DNA of 62,378 nucleotides, counting the filler. It is 3 parts of 3 records of this genome, joined end to end, with 100 filler letters (N's around TTAATTAATTAA, not from the genome) between each part and the next. Parts side by side here need not be neighbours in the genome. Positions count along the whole stretch, not along the records: positions 46,454 to 62,378 come from SRR20825006_1815; 2 more parts are not named here. The stretch is one strand, 5' to 3'. Shown piece by piece: positions 59,878 to 62,378 of the stretch. The notes under the pieces were generated by a model. The model had not been told where the DNA came from. It did no database searches and was given only the letters and a program-made list of their open reading frames with translations. The number at the start of each line of letters is the position of its first letter. The stretch's first letter is position 1. The translations under genes and the position numbers were made by a program.

Positions 59878-60519
59878 ATGCATTTCCTATCGCCCATTTT
59901 GGAGAGTTATATTGCCAACAGTTCGGAGGACGAGCCCAAATTATTGCAGGAACTTACCCGAGAAACGCACTTAAAGGTGGTGCAGCCCAGAATGATCACC
60001 GGGCATTTTCAAGGTAGGGTGTTAAGCATGTTGTCCAAGGTCATCAACCCCAAATATATTTTGGAAATTGGCACCTACACGGGCTATTCGGCCTTGTGTT
60101 TGGCGGAAGGGCTTCAAAAAGATGGGAAACTGCATACCATTGAGGTGAACGAGGAACTCCATGAAATGCAGCGCAGGTATTTTGACAGAAGCGGGTTTGG
60201 CCCTCAAATCAAACAACATATTGGAGATGCACTTGATATTGTTCCCGAGCTTGACCCAACTTTTGACCTTGTTTTTATTGATGCGCAAAAGGTAAACTAC
60301 GATGCCTATTTTGAAGCTGTCATCCAAAAAACGAGACCTGGCAGTGTTATTCTTTCTGACAATGTGCTGTGGTCCGGAAAAGTGGTGGAACCGTTACAAA
60401 AATCGGACAGGGCCACTGCTGTATTGCTCGAATACAATCAAAAATTAAAAGAAGATCCTAGAGTGGAAACCGTATTGTTGCCCATTAGGGACGGACTGAC
60501 GTTGAGTAGGGTGCTATAA
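59878..60519 (+). CDS. SAM-dependent O-methyltransferase (Methyltransf_3)
   Basis: LEIGTYTGYS, FIDAQK, DNVLWSG, DGL. Confidence 0.92.
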   Translation: MHFLSPILESYIANSSEDEPKLLQELTRETHLKVVQPRMITGHFQGRVLSMLSKVINPKYILEIGTYTGYSALCLAEGLQKDGKLHTIEVNEELHEMQRRYFDRSGFGPQIKQHIGDALDIVPELDPTFDLVFIDAQKVNYDAYFEAVIQKTRPGSVILSDNVLWSGKVVEPLQKSDRATAVLLEYNQKLKEDPRVETVLLPIRDGLTLSRVL

Positions 60520-61057
60520 ATCGTTGGTAAATCCAGAAGAAAAGTAATCCGGACAAAATCCCAACTATCATTCCAACGATAATATCAATGGGGAAATGCA
60601 CGCCTACGTAAATACGGCTCATGGCAAACAATAGAGGCCAGATAAAAAAGAGGGTCGCCCATTTTACCTTATGTCTTAAAAAGAGAAATACCAATGTGGT
60701 TATAGAAAATGAACTGGAGGCATGGCCAGAGAAAAAGCTATAATCCGTTGGACTTTTCAAAATACGGATCAGGGTGTTGATCTCTTCCGTATTATTGGGC
60801 CTTAGCCTAGCCACCGACACCTTGGTGATATGGGTAATGGCCGTGATAAAGACCACCAAGCCCAGCACGGTGAGAAACTTGTACAAAGCTTCGGTTTTGG
60901 AAAACTTCAGGTAAAAAAGAAGGAGAAAAAGGATAAATAATGGTATCCAAGTGGAAATATTGGTAACGGTAGACCAGAAAACGTCGTAATCCTCTATGCC
61001 CAGTGCGTTGAGATAAACAAAAGTGTCCCTATCCCATTTGAGCAATTTTTCCAACAT
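60485..61057 (-). CDS. PAP2 family phosphatase
   Basis: K...RLRP, FFSGHA, SRIYVGVHFPID. Confidence 0.9.
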   Translation of the reverse strand: MLEKLLKWDRDTFVYLNALGIEDYDVFWSTVTNISTWIPLFILFLLLFYLKFSKTEALYKFLTVLGLVVFITAITHITKVSVARLRPNNTEEINTLIRILKSPTDYSFFSGHASSSFSITTLVFLFLRHKVKWATLFFIWPLLFAMSRIYVGVHFPIDIIVGMIVGILSGLLFFWIYQRFIAPYSTSVRP

Positions 61058-61063
61058 AGAATT

Positions 61064-61339
61064 CTACTTGTTCAGATCTCTTTTGATGGAACCGGAAACT
61101 TCGTTCACATTCTTCTTTACATCGTCGATTTCCTTACGGATGTTCTTTGTGAAATCGGTATCCACATCATCCGCACTTTTCTGTATTTCCCGTTTAATAT
61201 CGTCCGTTGCGTCCTTAAGTTGACGCATTCCTTTCCCGAGGCCCTTGGCGATACCGGGAATCTTGTCCGCACCAAACACCATCACCACTATAAATAGGAT
61301 GAAAAAAATCTCGGCTCCACTAATAAATAGAAATTGCAT
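61064..61339 (-). CDS. tatA: Twin-arginine translocase TatA/TatE subunit
   Basis: GAEIFFIL...FGADKIP..AKGLGKG. Confidence 0.88.
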   Translation of the reverse strand: MQFLFISGAEIFFILFIVVMVFGADKIPGIAKGLGKGMRQLKDATDDIKREIQKSADDVDTDFTKNIRKEIDDVKKNVNEVSGSIKRDLNK

Positions 61340-61372
61340 GGCACAAATATAATCAGAACTTCATTCCAAAAT

Positions 61373-61400
61373 AAAAAAAGCCCCGTGAAATCACGGGGCT
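61373..61400 (-). terminator. Terminator after the M1 peptidase gene
   Basis: AGCCCCGTGA/TCACGGGGCT stem followed by a T-run on the - strand. Confidence 0.8.
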
Positions 61401-61419
61401 CTTAACATAGTTTTTTATG

Positions 61420-62378
61420 TTACCTGTCTCCTTTGATATTTTCCTTGAATTTATCAAAGTCGGACTTCTCGTCTTTCTTGGGCCAAGCGTTGTTGGTAGT
61501 GTCGATATCCGCAGTTTCCAATTTTGGATCTACTACAATCCCCACCAATTCTTTTTGGGTGGCCATTACCCGTTTTACCTCAGCATCGTTCTTTCTCCAG
61601 ATTTCTGGTGGATACGTGATGTTCTCGGTAGTTCCATCCGCGTAGGTATACTCTACGATCAATGGCATTGGTATTCCTCCTGGCTTATCAAAAGTGATCT
61701 CGTAAAAATACTTTGGCTCCTTGACCTGGGCTCTTTCGGCTTCGGTCATGTTATCCATCATAAATTCCTTAAGGTTTTTGGAAGTCTCGGTCGGGGATTT
61801 TCCTTTTAGCTCCGGAGCAAAGTCCTCACTATCTTCCTCGGCCAAATATACCAATGGTGGTAGGTCGGCTTCGGTAAGGTTTCTATCGGCCATATATTTT
61901 TCCATTTCCTTGGTAGGCTTGTTGGACACATAGTATTTTTTAACACCGGATACACCGATATCTACATAATCGGTAGTGTAGAACCAGCTTCTCCAGAACC
62001 AATCCAAATCCACTGCGGAAGCATCTTCCATGGTGCGGAAGAAATCCTCTGGGGTCGGATGCTTGAACATCCAACGTTGGGCGTAGGTTTGGAAAGCATG
62101 ATCGAACAATTCTTCTCCCATTACGGTTTCCCTTAAGATATTAAGTGCCGTTGCCGGTTTACCGTAGGCGTTTGGACCCAATTGATACACATTTTCCGGG
62201 TTGGACATGATAGGGGAAATGTAACTTTGGTCTCCTGCCATATAAAGCACAATATCCGCTGCTTTTCCTCTTCTTGATGGATATTCGCTGTTGGGGGCTA
62301 TCACTTCAGGATAGTTTTTACCGAATTCCTGTTCTGCCAAATATTGGGCAAAGGTGTTGATTCCTTCATCCATCCATC
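61420..62378 (-). CDS. M1 family metallopeptidase, 3' part only (window edge)
   Basis: WMDEGINT (third Zn ligand), NAYGKPA, HPTPEDF, LDWFW. Confidence 0.88.
   Translation of the reverse strand, partial: WMDEGINTFAQYLAEQEFGKNYPEVIAPNSEYPSRRGKAADIVLYMAGDQSYISPIMSNPENVYQLGPNAYGKPATALNILRETVMGEELFDHAFQTYAQRWMFKHPTPEDFFRTMEDASAVDLDWFWRSWFYTTDYVDIGVSGVKKYYVSNKPTKEMEKYMADRNLTEADLPPLVYLAEEDSEDFAPELKGKSPTETSKNLKEFMMDNMTEAERAQVKEPKYFYEITFDKPGGIPMPLIVEYTYADGTTENITYPPEIWRKNDAEVKRVMATQKELVGIVVDPKLETADIDTTNNAWPKKDEKSDFDKFKENIKGDR

Noticed and set aside
60485..60519. 35-bp convergent overlap of the O-methyltransferase and PAP2 genes
   Set aside because: Short tail-to-tail overlaps are common in compact genomes and there is no further signal.

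Overview
The window is not one locus. It is three unrelated contigs joined by two artificial 100-nt linkers (N44-TTAATTAATTAA-N44 at 22683-22782 and 46354-46453). Segment 1 (1-22682) is AT-rich Bacteroidota, probably Flavobacteriales. It holds a fused ccsBA cytochrome c synthase that the ORF track missed, a UDG-family gene, DUF1853, an FMN reductase, an AsmA-like protein, an astacin lipoprotein, purC, ychJ, phoH, the DUF62-ABM-TonB_C-gldF-gldG-DUF4340-dnaN cluster and a DUF5916 protein. Segment 2 (22783-46353) is GC-rich Rhodobacteraceae/Roseobacteraceae. It holds metF/metR, suhB, an orphan Flp-like pilin, tRNA-Leu(TAA) with two glycosyltransferase-like genes, metG, a MATE pump, aspartate aminotransferase, sdhE, ldtR, gloA, thyA-folA, a csp gene, a complete bufferin-type RiPP operon (DUF2282-DUF692-DUF2063-DoxX) and partial thrS. 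Segment 3 (46454-62378) is Flavobacteriaceae. It holds kmo, a DUF2256/Cry-DASH/FeS-BCP photolyase operon, clpP, an ECF sigma/small protein/CmpX-like channel operon, an S41 peptidase, an MFS transporter, kynU, tatA and a partial M1 peptidase. No CRISPR, rRNA, transposase or integrase was seen. Best leads: (1) a SigX-CfrX-CmpX-like module in a flavobacterium; (2) the bufferin operon, preceded by two CusR/CopR-like TGAC-N6-GT(C/G)A boxes rather than a visible SigF promoter; (3) a palindrome over the photolyase operon promoter plus an unannotated DUF2256 ORF; (4) an astacin whose mature domain is stripped of acidic residues; (5) a His-rich segment behind an internal signal-like peptide in CcsBA; (6) an unannotated 56-aa basic ORF and a candidate sRNA. 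All family and taxon calls come from motif recognition by eye, not from database searches.
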